Source: an uncultured Mycoplasmataceae bacterium (lineage in GTDB: Bacteria > Bacillota_I > Bacilli_A > Mycoplasmatales > Mycoplasmoidaceae). Taken from it: a DNA stretch of 61,087 bases. A program made the position numbers and the translations under genes. The notes under the pieces were generated by a model, which was given only the letters and a program-made list of their open reading frames with translations, was not told where the DNA came from and did no database searches. The DNA lies in contig CASEIK010000036.1 of NCBI GenBank assembly GCA_949288005.1, positions 1 through 61,087 of the forward strand, written 5' to 3'. Of the stretch, positions 20,800 through 34,994 are shown piece after piece (within the stretch, counting starts at the first letter, position 1; the number at the start of each line of letters is the position of its first letter).

Positions 20800-21550
20800 T
20801 AACTTTAACCTTTCTTGGAAGAAATATTAAGTGTAATATTTGTCCCATCATATATTTTAAAATGTTTCTTTTATTTGTAAAAAAAGATTCTCCTCCTTCT
20901 CGTGCATAAATTGTAGTTGGAACTTCTTTCATTTTCATTTTTTCTTTTTTTATAAAATATCCAATAGTAGCAGGTTCAGGTTTTAACTTATCATTAGCTA
21001 CAAATAAATTCATTGCCTGTCAATTATATAGTCTTAAACCACATGTAGGATCTGAAATGTTTTGAAAGGTTTTAATTGCAAAAATTAATTTCAATAATTT
21101 ATGTGCTATTTTTTTTGATATCCCAATATTTTCACTATCTTTTGATAAATAACGCGAGCCAATCACAATATCATATCCTTTATTTGCATACATTAACATT
21201 TCTGGAATACTTGATGATTCATGTTGACCATCACCATCAAATTGAACAACATATTGATAACCATGATCAATAGCATATCTAACGCCTTCACGAAAGACTT
21301 CAGCTAACTTTAAGTTCTCATTATTAGAAATATAATTTCATTTATTTCTTCTAATAATTTCTAAACTATTATCTGTAGAACAATCATCAATAACTAAAAA
21401 ATTAATATTTTCAATTTTTTTCAAATTTTCAACTGCTCGTTCAATATTTCCTTCTTCATTATAAACAGGAATAATCACTAATAATTTTGAAAAATCTAAT
21501 TCGTTGAATGAGGTTTTGTGAGAATGGTTATTATATGAAATAGTATACAT
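20792..21550 (-). CDS. GT2-family glycosyltransferase (DPM1/GtrB/glycolipid-synthase-like, 252 aa)
   Basis: ORFs 21338..21550 and 20792..21013 are in the same frame. Motifs LVIIPVYNEEGNIERAV, FLVIDDCSTD and VVQFDGDGQH. RBS AAGAGGA 13 nt after the gyrA stop. Confidence 0.8.
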
Positions 21551-21563
21551 TTATTTTTCCTCT

Positions 21564-24161
21564 TTATTCATCAATATTTTTATCATTATTTTCTACATCA
21601 ACATCATTAGGAGAATCATCATTTATCACTTCTAACCTAATATCTTCTTTGTTGGGGATTGAACTTTCATCACTATTTTCCTCATCACTATCATTTTTGA
21701 ATATAGCAACTGATTGAATTTTTTCTTTATCTTCAACATTCATTAACTTAACACCAGATGTATTTCTAGAAATAGCATTTATTTGGGAGATAGGCAATCT
21801 AATAATCTTACCAACTGAGGTTATCAATAATAATTCTTCATCTCCATTAACTAATTTGATAGATGCTAGATTACCTGTCTTTTCTGTAATCTTTAATGTA
21901 GTTACACCTTTTGCACCTCTATTAGTTAGTCTATAAAGATTGATGTCAGTCAATTTACCAACACCCTTTTCACCTATTGATAATACATATTTTCCTTCTT
22001 CACTTGTACCACTACCAACAACAAATTCTTTATTAGATAAACTAATTGCTTTCACACCAGATGCAGTTCTACCCATATCTCTAACTAAAGTTTCATTAAA
22101 TCTTACAAGTTTACCATTAGATGCACCAATAAACACTTCTGAATTACCAGATGTTTTATGAACTGAAAATAATTTATCATCATCTCTTAATGTGATTGCA
22201 ATTTTACCATTAGCTCTAATACTTTCAAAATTAGATAAATCAGTCCTTTTTGAAATACCATTCTTAGTAATGAATAATAAATATGATTTTCCATAATTAT
22301 CAACTGGTAAAATTGATAAAATTTCTTCTCCTTTCTCTATGTTAATAATATTTAATGCAGGTATACCTTTTGATTGTCGAGAACCTGGAGGAACTTCATG
22401 AGCTCTAATTCGATATACACGACCTAATTGAGTAAAGAATAATAAATCTGTATGTGTAGTAGTAACAATCATTTTTTCTACATCATCATCCTCATTAACT
22501 TTTAATCCTTGAACCCCTACACCTCCACGACGTTGAACTCTATAAGTATCAATAGGTAGTCTTTTTAGATAACCTCTCTTACTCATAGTAATAACAATAT
22601 CTTGTACAGGTATCAAATCTTCATCGTCAATTGAAGAAGATATACCATATAAAATTTCAGTCTTTCTTTCATCACCATATTTAGACTTTAATTCATCTAA
22701 TTGAGTACAAATAATTTCAGTTTGTCTTTCTTTTCTATTAAGAATATCTTTATAATCAATAATAATTTCTTTTAATTGAGCTAATTCATTTTTAAGTTTT
22801 TCAATTTGAAGACCAGTTAATTGTCTTAATCTCATATCAAGAATATGTTTAGCTTGAATTTCTGTTAATTTAAATCTTTCAATTAATTTAGTTTGAGCTT
22901 CATCATCATTTTTTGCATTCTTAATGATTTCAACAGTTTCATCGATATTATCTACTGCTACAACTAAACCTTCTAGAATATGTTCTCTTTCTTGAGCCTT
23001 TCTTAAATCATAAGTATATCTTGAAACTAGAACACTATATTGATGATTTAAGTATTCTCACAATAATTCCTTAATATTTAAAATTTTAGGAACGCCATCA
23101 ACTAATGCTAAATTATTAACATTAAAATTTGTTTGTAACCTAGTTGTTTTGAACAATTTATTTAATAAAACCTCTGGAACCACATCTCTTCTAAGTTCAA
23201 TTACAATTCTTATACCATCACGACTAGTCTCATCTCTTAAATCAGTAATACCATCAATAGCCTTAGTTGAAACAAGCTCAACAATCTTACTAATTAATTG
23301 TGATTTATTCACAAGGTATGGTATATCAGTTATAACTATTTGACTCTTACCATTTTCAATTTCCTCAATTTCATATTTTGACCTAATAGTCACACAACCT
23401 TTACCAGTATGAAAATAATCATTAATACCAAATTCACCAACTATTTCAGCACCTGTTGGAAAATCAGGACCCTTTATATACTGTGCTAACTCATCAATAG
23501 TTATATCATTGTTATTAGCTAAAGCTTTTGCAGCATCACAAATTTCATTTAGGTTATGAGGTGGCATATTAGTTGCCATACCAACAGCAATACCAGCTGA
23601 ACCATTAGCTAATAAGTTTGGAAATATTGCAGGTAATACTGTTGGTTCCATTTCAGAACCATCATAGTTTTCTACAAATTTAACTGTTTCTTTGTCAATG
23701 TACTTTAACAATTCAGATGATATTTTAGACAATCTAGCTTCAGTATATCTCATTGCAGCAGCACTGTCACCATCTATTGAACCAAAGTTACCATGACCAT
23801 CAATTAATGTATATCTCATAGAAAAATCTTGTGCCATTCTTACCATTGTTTCATAAGCAGCAACATCACCATGTGGATGAAACTTACCAATAACTTCACC
23901 TACTAATCTTGCAGACTTTTTATATGGTTTATCATGAGTCATACCAAGAGAATATGCAGCATATAACACTCTTCTATGAACAGGTTTAAAACCATCACGA
24001 ACATCAGGTAATGCTCTAGACACAATAACTGACATAGCATAATCCATAAAAGAAGTTTCTAGTTCTTTTACAATTGGTTGATCTTTAACAACTGTTTTTG
24101 CTAACTGATCTTTAATCTCCTCAGGAGATAATCTAGATTTTTTTGATTTATTAAGTGCCAT
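21564..24161 (-). CDS. gyrA: DNA gyrase subunit A
   Basis: ORFs 23058..24161 and 21564..22835 are in the same frame. Motifs [12 protein letters not shown] and [11 protein letters not shown] (catalytic Tyr), beta-pinwheel C-terminal domain, acidic tail. Confidence 0.97.
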
Positions 24162-24176
24162 TTTAACCCCTCTCTA

Positions 24177-26389
<2,213 letters not shown>

Positions 26390-26561
26390 ATTTTTTTAAC
26401 ATCATGATGTAATTGTATCATATTTAAATCTAAATATAATATATTTATATATTATATTAATAAAACTCACAAAAAATAGGGTATTTTTAGTGTTTTTTAT
26501 ATAAATGAAAAAAATGTATATACAGTAATTTTCAATTAAAAATAAGCAAAATATGAGTGTT

Positions 26562-27692
26562 TTAATAAGTTCTTAGAGGTAAAACTAACTGTAAAAAATC
26601 TTTATCAACAACATCGGCAAATATTATTGGCTTATTTGGTGCAGAAAAATAAACTCTAATATTATGTTCTTCAAAAGCTTTCATTATGGCAATAATAAAT
26701 TTTGAATTAACCAAAAATTCTATATCTCTACCTCTAAAATCTGAGATATTTATTTTTTCACTAGAAACACCTATATCAAGAGATTTAAATTCAACTTGTA
26801 ATACATTATTTTTAACTGAAATGTTTGTAACTGGTCGTTTTTCAGAACTAACAAGATACATACCGTGATCAATTATATTAAAAAAATTTTTTGCATTAAC
26901 TAGAAATTCACTTGTTTCTTCTTCACTAACACTAAATACATTATAAATATTAGGATAGTTCCCAATTAGTAACTTTGAAGAGCAAATTACATTTTTTCAT
27001 CTAGCAATTAGTTTAGTACTATTTTCAACAATTGAGAATTTGATTATTTCATCACTTCTAGCATATTGTCCTATAAATGAAAGAAACTCTTGTTCTACTA
27101 CTATCTTAAAAGGTGGAGCATTAAAAGGTTTTTTTAGCAATGATACTTTATAACTATCTGTAGCTACTAGATTAATTTTTCCTGATTCATTAGCATTATC
27201 AAAATATACACCATTAAGTATATTTTGTTTTTCTAGTTTAGATAATAAACAATGATTTAATTTTTTTTGTATTTCATTTATTAAACTATTATTCATTTCG
27301 AATTCTATACCGTCATTATAATCAAATTGTAGATTTACAAAAATTTCATCGTTTAGGCAATTAATAAATGCATCAAAACTATCACTCTTAATCCTTAATG
27401 AATTATCTATTTTTTCCACTAATATATCTGAGTTTTGTAATTTAGAAATGATACCTTTAAGAATTTTAACTTTAATCAAGGCTTTTCCACTTTTTTCTAT
27501 TTCAATATTTTCTTTAATTTCACATTTTACAGAAATCGATTCATTTGTAAATGAACATGTTAATATGTTTGAGTCCATATCTACTTCTAGTAGAAGATTT
27601 GATAACACTACATTGATGGCATTTTCATTAATGATGTTATTAGCCATATCTAAAATTTTAGTAAGTTCATTTTTAGATATCTTAAATTTCAT
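26562..27692 (-). CDS. dnaN: DNA polymerase III beta subunit (sliding clamp)
   Basis: ORFs 26997..27728 and 26562..26861 are in the same frame. N-terminus MKFKISKNELTKIL. The C-terminal LVLPLRTY is clamp-like. I prefer ATG 27692 (or 27701) to the track's TTG at 27728. Confidence 0.85.
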
Positions 27693-27728
27693 ATCTTTCA
27701 TTGTAAGATATTTTCTTGTTTTAGTCAA

Positions 27729-27873
27729 AAAATAAAAAAAACATTTTTTTAAATAACTAGATATACAACTGTTCCATGGTTCAACATTGATATATTAAAA
27801 TATTAACTAGTAATATAAATATATTAAATTATATTTATGTTATATTAAATAATATTATTAAGGATGTGGATAA
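27729..27873. other. Candidate replication origin region (AT-rich dnaN/pth divergent intergenic spacer with one perfect DnaA box at 27865-27873)
   Basis: TGTGGATAA (reverse complement of TTATCCACA) read at 27865-27873. The coding strand switches here: CDSs from 17.7 to 27.7 kb lie on the minus strand (only tRNA-Thr is on plus), and genes from 27.9 to 39.5 kb lie on the plus strand. Confidence 0.4.
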
Positions 27874-28446
27874 GTGGGAAAGTTGATTGTGGGATTAGGT
27901 AATCCAGGGGAAACATATGTCAACACTAGACATAATATTGGGTTTAAAATAATTAATTCTCTAGCTAAAAAGAATAATATACAACTAGATAAAAAGCAAT
28001 TTAATGGTGAATTTGGTGTTTTTATGTTAAATGGGGAAAAAATTGTTATTGCTAGGCCTTTGACCTTTATGAATCTTTCTGGTGATTTTGTTAAATCATT
28101 TGTTGATTATTATAATGTTGATATTAATGATGTCATTATCATTTATGATGATGTTGACACTAGAATTGGCGAAATAAAATTAAAAACTTCCGGGTCAAGT
28201 GGGGGACAAAATGGTATGAAGGATATTATTAATAAGTTAGGAACTGAAAATATTAAAAGAATCAAAGTAGGAGTAGGTCCAAGAAATCCAAAAATACCAT
28301 TAGCAAATTTTGTATTATCTAATTTTAATAAACAAGAAATAGACAAATTAGCTGTTGTTATTAATCAAGTTTGTAAGATATGTAATCTAATTAATGCACA
28401 TGAATTTTCAAACTTAGAGTTTCATGCTCTAAGAAAAGGAAAGTAA
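27874..28446 (+). CDS. pth: Peptidyl-tRNA hydrolase
   Basis: GTG start with RBS AAGGA 9 nt upstream. Motif GKLIVGLGNPGETYVNTRHNIGF. Confidence 0.92.
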   Translation: MGKLIVGLGNPGETYVNTRHNIGFKIINSLAKKNNIQLDKKQFNGEFGVFMLNGEKIVIARPLTFMNLSGDFVKSFVDYYNVDINDVIIIYDDVDTRIGEIKLKTSGSSGGQNGMKDIINKLGTENIKRIKVGVGPRNPKIPLANFVLSNFNKQEIDKLAVVINQVCKICNLINAHEFSNLEFHALRKGK

Positions 28447-28448
28447 TT

Positions 28449-29324
28449 ATGAAATATATTTTTGCTGTTTCAGGTGGTCCTGACTCAATGGCTATGTTAG
28501 ATATGTATCATAAGAAAGCTCAAGCAGTTTGTGTTGTAAATTACAAAAAAAGAAAAGATTCGCAAAAAGATGTTGACATAGTGGTTAATTATTGTAACTT
28601 ACATAACATAAAATGTTATGTACATAATGTTACCTCAAATTTTTATAAAAAACATAAAAATTATAATTTTCAAGCATTAGCTAGGTCGATTAGGTATGAT
28701 TTTTTTAGAGAAATAGCTAAAAAAGAGCAAAATAACCATATTTTTATTGCTCATAATCTAAATGATCATTTAGAAACTGCTTATATGCAATTTATGAGGA
28801 ATTCTAAGGCACTTTTTTATGGAATTTCTAGAAAAAATGAGTATTTTGAATTAAAAATAACTCGTCCAGTTTTAAGGTTTAAGAAGGCTACATTGCAACG
28901 TTATTGTGACCAAAATAACATAAAATATGCCTTAGATTACACTAATGAACTAGATATCTATGAACGAAATAGGGTGCGAAAGATTATTAACAAATGATCA
29001 AATGATGAATTACTTGAGTTTGTAAAGAAAGTAAATGAATATAATAAAAAACATAAAAAAGAACATAGATTATCAAAAAAATATACTCAAAAATGAAAAA
29101 AAGATAGTTATTCAATATCATTTTTATTATCTCTTGATAAAGAACTACAGTATTACCTTTTATATAATTTCTTAAAAGATTATGATGAAAAAAACAATAG
29201 TTCAAATAAAATTCATGCAATTATTGATTTTTTAGCAACATCAAATCCTACAAAAAAATACCGATTAGAACAAGGAAAATACTTAGTTAAGGTAAATAAT
29301 TATTTAAAAATAATTAATTATTAG
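28449..29324 (+). CDS. tilS: tRNA(Ile)-lysidine synthetase
   Basis: PP-loop FAVSGGPDSMAML. Track ORF 28449..28997 read on through two TGA codons to TAG at 29322-29324. Confidence 0.88.
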
Positions 29325-29360
29325 TTGACTTATATATATAAGTTGTTATAATTAAGTCAT

Positions 29361-30842
29361 ATGTTAGTTAATAAACCATTTTGAAAGAAAATTTGATTAG
29401 CATTAGGGGGACTAGTAATCATTGGTGTTGTTGTTGGTGGTTATTTTGTAATTTCCAAGCTTGATAAATATCGAAATTATTATGTAACACCTAGCAATGA
29501 CACTTCCAGAGGATTTATTAATTCATATAAAAATGCAGTCTATAATGGTGCTAGGGTGTTACTAACACCAGGATTCACTCACAAGGAACCAATTGTTCAA
29601 TCATTCACTGAATATTATGATTTTTTTAAAGATACTGGATTCATGATTTTTGATGAAACGATGAATGCAAATGATGTTGGAGCATATAATACCTGATCAA
29701 TTACCTTTAGATCTGATTTAGGTTCTATTCAAACAGGTATAGCAATGTGTATGTTATTAAATAAATATCAAGATGTTTTTTTAAAAAATGATGGTAAGTT
29801 ATCATATGGTATATATGGTGGCCTACCTTTTTCTTCTGTTACATCATTTATGGGTGGTGTTCAACATGGTGTTAAATGATTTAATGATAATATAGCAACC
29901 AAAACATTTACTATTGATGGCAAATCAATAACATATGAACCAGTTGAACAAATAAAATCTGACATAGGTGATTTTGCTGGAGGTTTTGGTCCTAGTCAAG
30001 GTTTGGCTATAACTAATCACTTAATAACAAAAGGAATTGATATATTAATGCCTGTTGCTGGTCCACAAGTTTGAACAGCAATGGATCAAATTATTAAACT
30101 AAATTATAAATGTTTATTGATAGGTGTTGACTCTGCAATGGAGGATGACCCATTAAACAAGGAGATTAATTTTGAAAGTTCTGAAGGTGTAATTGGTAAT
30201 GGTAAATATGTTCAATTTTCTTCAGTTAAGGATTTAGCTAATGCTACAGACAAGATATTACAAATTGTAAATAATGGTAATATTATTCCTAATGTACCAA
30301 GTAGCATTACTGATCCAAATGATAGGGCTAATTATTTTAAAAATTTTTCTAAAACAGGAGCAGAGGGAGAAGTTTCTGGATTTGGTACATGTGCAGTTGG
30401 TGATATCTCAAATGGTTGTGTTGGTGTTTCAAATAGTGGTAAACAATATCTAGATGAAGCATTAAAGATTTCTGGTTTAACAGATCCAGCTTTTGATGAT
30501 AAATATAGTGAAATTAGTAATATGATTTTCACTGGCTCAGATGGACAAATTTATAACTATGGTGAAAAACCTTTTGGTTTATCTCAACAATTTAATGATA
30601 ATTTTAAGGGTGGAGACAGAAGTAAAATTTTAAACATTAAGGGTTTTATTCAAAAAGGCAATCAAAATGATTCAAATAAAATTAAGGTAGCTATATCATC
30701 CTCAACATCTGTGTTGATAGATAGTTCATTCTCTCAATCATGTTATATGGGTCTTGCAATTTTTTTAAAAAGTATGAATATCAATATACCAACCCCTGTA
30801 CCAATATTAACAACATATGATAATAGGAGGACTTATGGCTAA
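29361..30842 (+). CDS. BMP-family (PnrA/Med-like) ABC substrate-binding protein, N-terminally membrane-anchored
   Basis: ATG 29361. Read through 5 TGA codons into track ORF 30081..30842. N-terminal TM helix LALGGLVIIGVVVGGYFVI with no lipobox Cys. Motifs GFTHKEP, GGLPFSSVTSFMGG and MPVAGPQVW are typical of the BMP family. Confidence 0.85.
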
Positions 30843-32925
30843 AGATAAATTAACATGAGTCTTCACACAACCTGATAATGATAAAAAATTAAATAATATA
30901 AATACAAATCCTAATACAAACATTGATACTAAAAAAGACGATAAACATACTAATGCTTTAATTGTGAAAAAATCTAATGATGTAAATGGGAATACTAGTG
31001 AATATGCAGTTGAAATGATAGATATTTGTAAATCTTTTTTGAATGGTAAGGTTATAGCAAATGATCATATAAATTTAAGAGTTAAAAGAAATGAAGTTCA
31101 TGCAATAATTGGTGAAAATGGTGCAGGTAAGTCAACATTAATGTCAATCTTATTTGGAATTTATTCTCCAGATTTTGGGACTATTAAAATTAATGGAAGA
31201 AACTCCTATTTTAATTCTGCTAAGGATGCAAGTGATGCTGGTCTTGGTATGGTTCATCAACACTTTAAATTAGTTTCTACATATTCTGTTTATGAGAATA
31301 TTATTTTAGGATCTGAGGATGTTGGTTTATTTGGTATTTTAAAGAATAATAAGACAAAAAAGAAAATTGAATCATTAGTTAAGAAATATCATTTTAATCT
31401 AGATATCAATGCTAAGATTTCTACATTAACCGTTGGTCAGGAACAAAAAACTGAGATTCTTAAACTTCTATATCGTAACTCAGATATTTTAATTTTTGAT
31501 GAACCTACTGCTGTTTTATCACCAGATGAAATTGAACAATTTCTTGAAATGATTAGGCAATTAAAGGAAGAAGGTAAAACTATTATTATAATCACTCATA
31601 AATTTGCTGAAATTAAATCAGTAGCAGATAGGGCGACTGTGATTAGATTAGGTAAATATATTGCTGATTTTGATGTTAAGGATAAATCAATTGAAGAAAT
31701 GGCAAATTTGATGGTTGGTAAAAAAGTATCCTTAATTAAAAATAATAGCAATAATCCTATTGGTAAAGAGGTTTTAGATGTTAAAAATTTAAAATTGGCA
31801 AAAAACCTTTTACCTAGTTCATGATTATTTTTAAGTAAAAATCCTGAAGTTAATAAGTTAAGAAAACTGATGATTGAAGATATAGGATTATTACATAATA
31901 TTAAACATGAGATTGATTTAGAAGAATCTACCAAAAAACATGAAAAATTGTTGGTTATCATGGAAGAATTGAAAGTTTCTTTCCGTAAAAGACATCAAGA
32001 AATTATAGATAATCTTGAAAAAGAACTTAAAAAATATAAAGAGATTAATGCTGATAAGATTAGTGCACTTAATTTAGAATTAACAAATTGTAGAAATGAA
32101 AAAAGAAGACAAGAAATTGAAATAGAAATATCTAAACTTATTCCACGTGCTATCGTTAAACTAGAGGTTTCAATCTATAAAGAAAAGAATCTTATTTTTA
32201 GTTTTAACAAAGAATTTAGTAGCAAGATTAAGAATAAGGCAATCAATTTTAAAATTAAAGAAGGTGAAATTTTTGCTATTGCTGGTGTTGAAGGTAATGG
32301 ACAATCTGAACTTGCTTTATCAATAGCTGGTATGGTTAAAAATAAAGGAGCATTAATTAAATTAAATGGTAAGGATATATCTAATCTTAGTATTAATGAT
32401 AGATATTTATCTGGTATTTCACATGTTCCAGAAGATAGACACAAATATGGTTTAATTTTAGATGAACAGATTTATATGAATTTTGCATTAAATAGAATAA
32501 ATCAAAAACCCTTTTCCTCTCATGGGTTTTTAATGGAACATAATATTAAAGAAAATGCTAGATATTTAATTAAGAAATACGATGTTAGAGGGACAACTAG
32601 GGGTACTGCACCTGCAAGACTTTTATCAGGTGGTAATCAACAAAAATTGATTATTGCAAGAGAAATAACTAATAATCATAAACTTATAATTATGGTTCAA
32701 CCAACACGTGGTTTAGACTTGGGTGCGATCGAATATATTCATACAAAAATTCTTGAAGAAAAAAATAAAGGTAATGCTATATTGTTAATCTCTTATGAAT
32801 TAGATGAAATATTAGCTCTAGCTGATACAATTGCTGTAATGTACAATGGGGTGTTTGTCGGTGTAGGTAACAAGAATGAAATGACTAGAGAAAAGATTGG
32901 TCAACTAATGGTGGGGCAGGAATAA
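30835..32925 (+). CDS. ABC transporter ATP-binding protein, tandem NBDs (RbsA/NupA type) with ~145 aa coiled-coil insert
   Basis: ATG 30835 follows RBS AGGAGG (30825-30830) and is in frame with track ORFs 30964..31824 and 31870..32925. Walker A GENGAGKST. Signature LTVGQEQ and LSGGNQQK. Second P-loop GVEGNGQSE. Confidence 0.9.
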
Positions 32926-34994
32926 TGAATTTATTATTTAAACTAAAAAGTGATGGAATAGTGTATAGTAGAAAAAGAAAGGAAGCAACCAGAAGTATTT
33001 TAGCATCAGTTGTATCAATATTTGTTGCTTTATTGGTTGCTATTCTTGTTGCTACAGCATTAGGATATAAACCATGAATTATAGTAGAAAAATTATTTTC
33101 TATCGGTTTTCAAGATCCATCATATTTATTTTATAAATTTGGAGTATATGCTTTAGCTGGTTTTGCATTTTATTTTGCATGGAAATCAGGTGTAATAAAT
33201 ATTGGTATTTCTGGTCAGATGCTCGCTGCTGGAACAATTGTTGTAGTTTTGACAAATGTAATTGAATCAAATTCTGGAGTTATCCCAAATTGAGTTGGAT
33301 ATGGTATAGGACAAATCTTTATTATTGTTATTGCAATGATTGTTTCATCATCTATTGCAATGCTAGTGGGATTAATGCAAAATTATTTAAAAATTAATGC
33401 TGTAGTTTCTTCAATATTATTAAATTGAATTATTTACTTCATTTCTTTCTTTGTACTAGCAACATATTTTACTGATACTGAACAATTTGCAAATTCATCC
33501 ACTATTCCAGATCAATTCAGATTGTATGATCTAAATGGTACTGGTGCTATCATTCCTGTAATTGTAATTACTATTTTTATTGCAATTGTCTTATTTGTAG
33601 TTTTCAAATATACTGTTTTGGGTCATAAAATAAAATGCGTTGGTTTATCAAGTGATGCATCTAAATATGCTGGTTACAATATTAAAAAAATCAATTTATT
33701 AGCATTTGCCATTTCTGGTGCCATTTCTGGAATTCTAGCAACTATATGTTATTCATCTACAATACCTGCTGCTATTCCATTATCTATTATTTATGATAGT
33801 GTTCCAACAGAGGGTTTTGAAGGTATAATGATTTCACTTGTAGGTTGTAATAATCCTTTTGGGATTCTAGCTGTATCTTTATTGTTTGGTTTATTTGAGG
33901 CTTCAATGACTGGTCTACCAACAGACCCTTCATTTAATGATGTTATTGTTGGCTTAGTAATGTTAGGTTCATCATTATCTATCATTGTTATCAAATTACG
34001 TCCAATTATTAGATTAAATCAATATAAGTATGATATTGATTACTTCTCAACAAGAACAAACTTTGATAATTCTATAGACTCACTGTTATCAAAATATTCA
34101 TCAATTCATAATAATATAAAGTATGATTTAAAAATTTTGAAAAGACAATATAAAGAACATTTAAAAATACTTGCTAAAGAACATGAAAATAAGATTAATC
34201 AAATTTTATATTGATCAAATGAAAAAAAGATAGCATTTAAAAATGATTTTACTAAGAATTATAATGATTTGCTTGAAATATATTGTTATAAATTCGAAGA
34301 AAATTACAATGATTTTTCTGATGGTAAGATTAAATACAATGATTATGAAATCAATATGAATAGATTAATAAATGAATTGAAATGCAAAAAGTTTGTTTTG
34401 TTACAAAATTACAAACGTTTAATGCGTGGGTTTAATTTTGATTATCATAGTAGTATTCATAATGAACATGAACGATATAATTTGGAAATCATAAATACTA
34501 AATGCAAATATTCAATTGATAGATTTGAACTTAAAGTATTAAATAAAGAAAAATATCAAGAATCATTATCAAAATATTTAGTTGAAAAGGCTAATTTAAT
34601 TGATTTATATAATTTCAATAAATTTAAGAATTTGATTTCTAAGAAATTATATACAAAAGATATAATTGAACAAAAGACAGCTAAAATAAATTCTTCATAT
34701 GACAATACTTTAACAAAGTATGTCAATAATCTTAGATGTAAGGATAATAATGAATCTAAGTTTCAACTAATGAGATCAAAAGCAATTAAAAAATCTACTC
34801 AATGAAAGAATGATAAAGTTGCTAGAATGATTGCTAAACAAAATAGAATTATTTCTGATAAAGAATTATTTGTTAAAGAAGTGAACAAAATAAGAAAACA
34901 TGCATATTCACAACTTAAGAGTCAACAATATATTAATGAGATAAATGAAATGATAAATATGGCTGTTAAATGTCAGAAAGGAGATTATCAATAA
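32925..34994 (+). CDS. ABC transporter permease with ~330 aa C-terminal Lys/Asn-rich helical extension
   Basis: ATG overlaps the upstream TAA (TAATG). 32925..33522 was read and contains only TGA. Track ORFs 33522 and 34269 are in the same frame. TAA at 34992-34994. Confidence 0.8.

Noticed and set aside
21076-21273. 65-aa plus-strand ORF (also 18759..18944, 18925..19137, 28987..29220, 44334..44624, 45778..46005, 58460..58666, 11104..11289, 11841..12029, 7009..7209, 7031..7294, 2789..2971)
   Set aside because: All are antisense or alternative-frame ORFs within CDSs that have clear homology-type motifs. They have no RBS and no conservation logic.
21940-22161. Antisense ORFs inside conserved genes. 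Examples: 21940..22161 and 23149..23343 in gyrA; 26202..26399 in yaaA; 26686..26868 and 27448..27735 in dnaN; 28143..28346 in pth; 30332..30532, 31596..31961, 32175..32444 and 33791..33994 in the ABC operon; 36305..36526, 36851..37171 and 37223..37519 in the purine permease; 46841..47035, 48089..48406, 48431..48622, 49136..49453 and 49847..50113 in the surface protein; 56866..57069 in trpS; 59138..59350 and 59657..59887 in uvrC
   Set aside because: Each lies fully inside a well-supported CDS on the opposite strand. Their products are low-complexity and have no RBS. Such ORFs are expected in stop-poor antisense frames of AT-rich genes.
26437-26456. AT-only palindrome ATAATATAT-TT-ATATATTAT in the dnaN/yaaA spacer as a regulatory site or DNA-unwinding element
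   Set aside because: It is composed purely of A/T in an A/T-saturated spacer, so chance occurrence is high. It is kept only as context for the oriC hypothesis.
27693-27728. TTG start at 27728 for dnaN; likewise TTG 41780 for holA, TTG 46017 for the surface protein, TTG 37678 for the APC permease and ATG 51878 for glyA
   Set aside because: In-frame downstream ATGs give N-termini that match the family ([20 protein letters not shown]) and/or have better RBS spacing. The longer forms remain possible, and the coordinates are uncertain by that margin.
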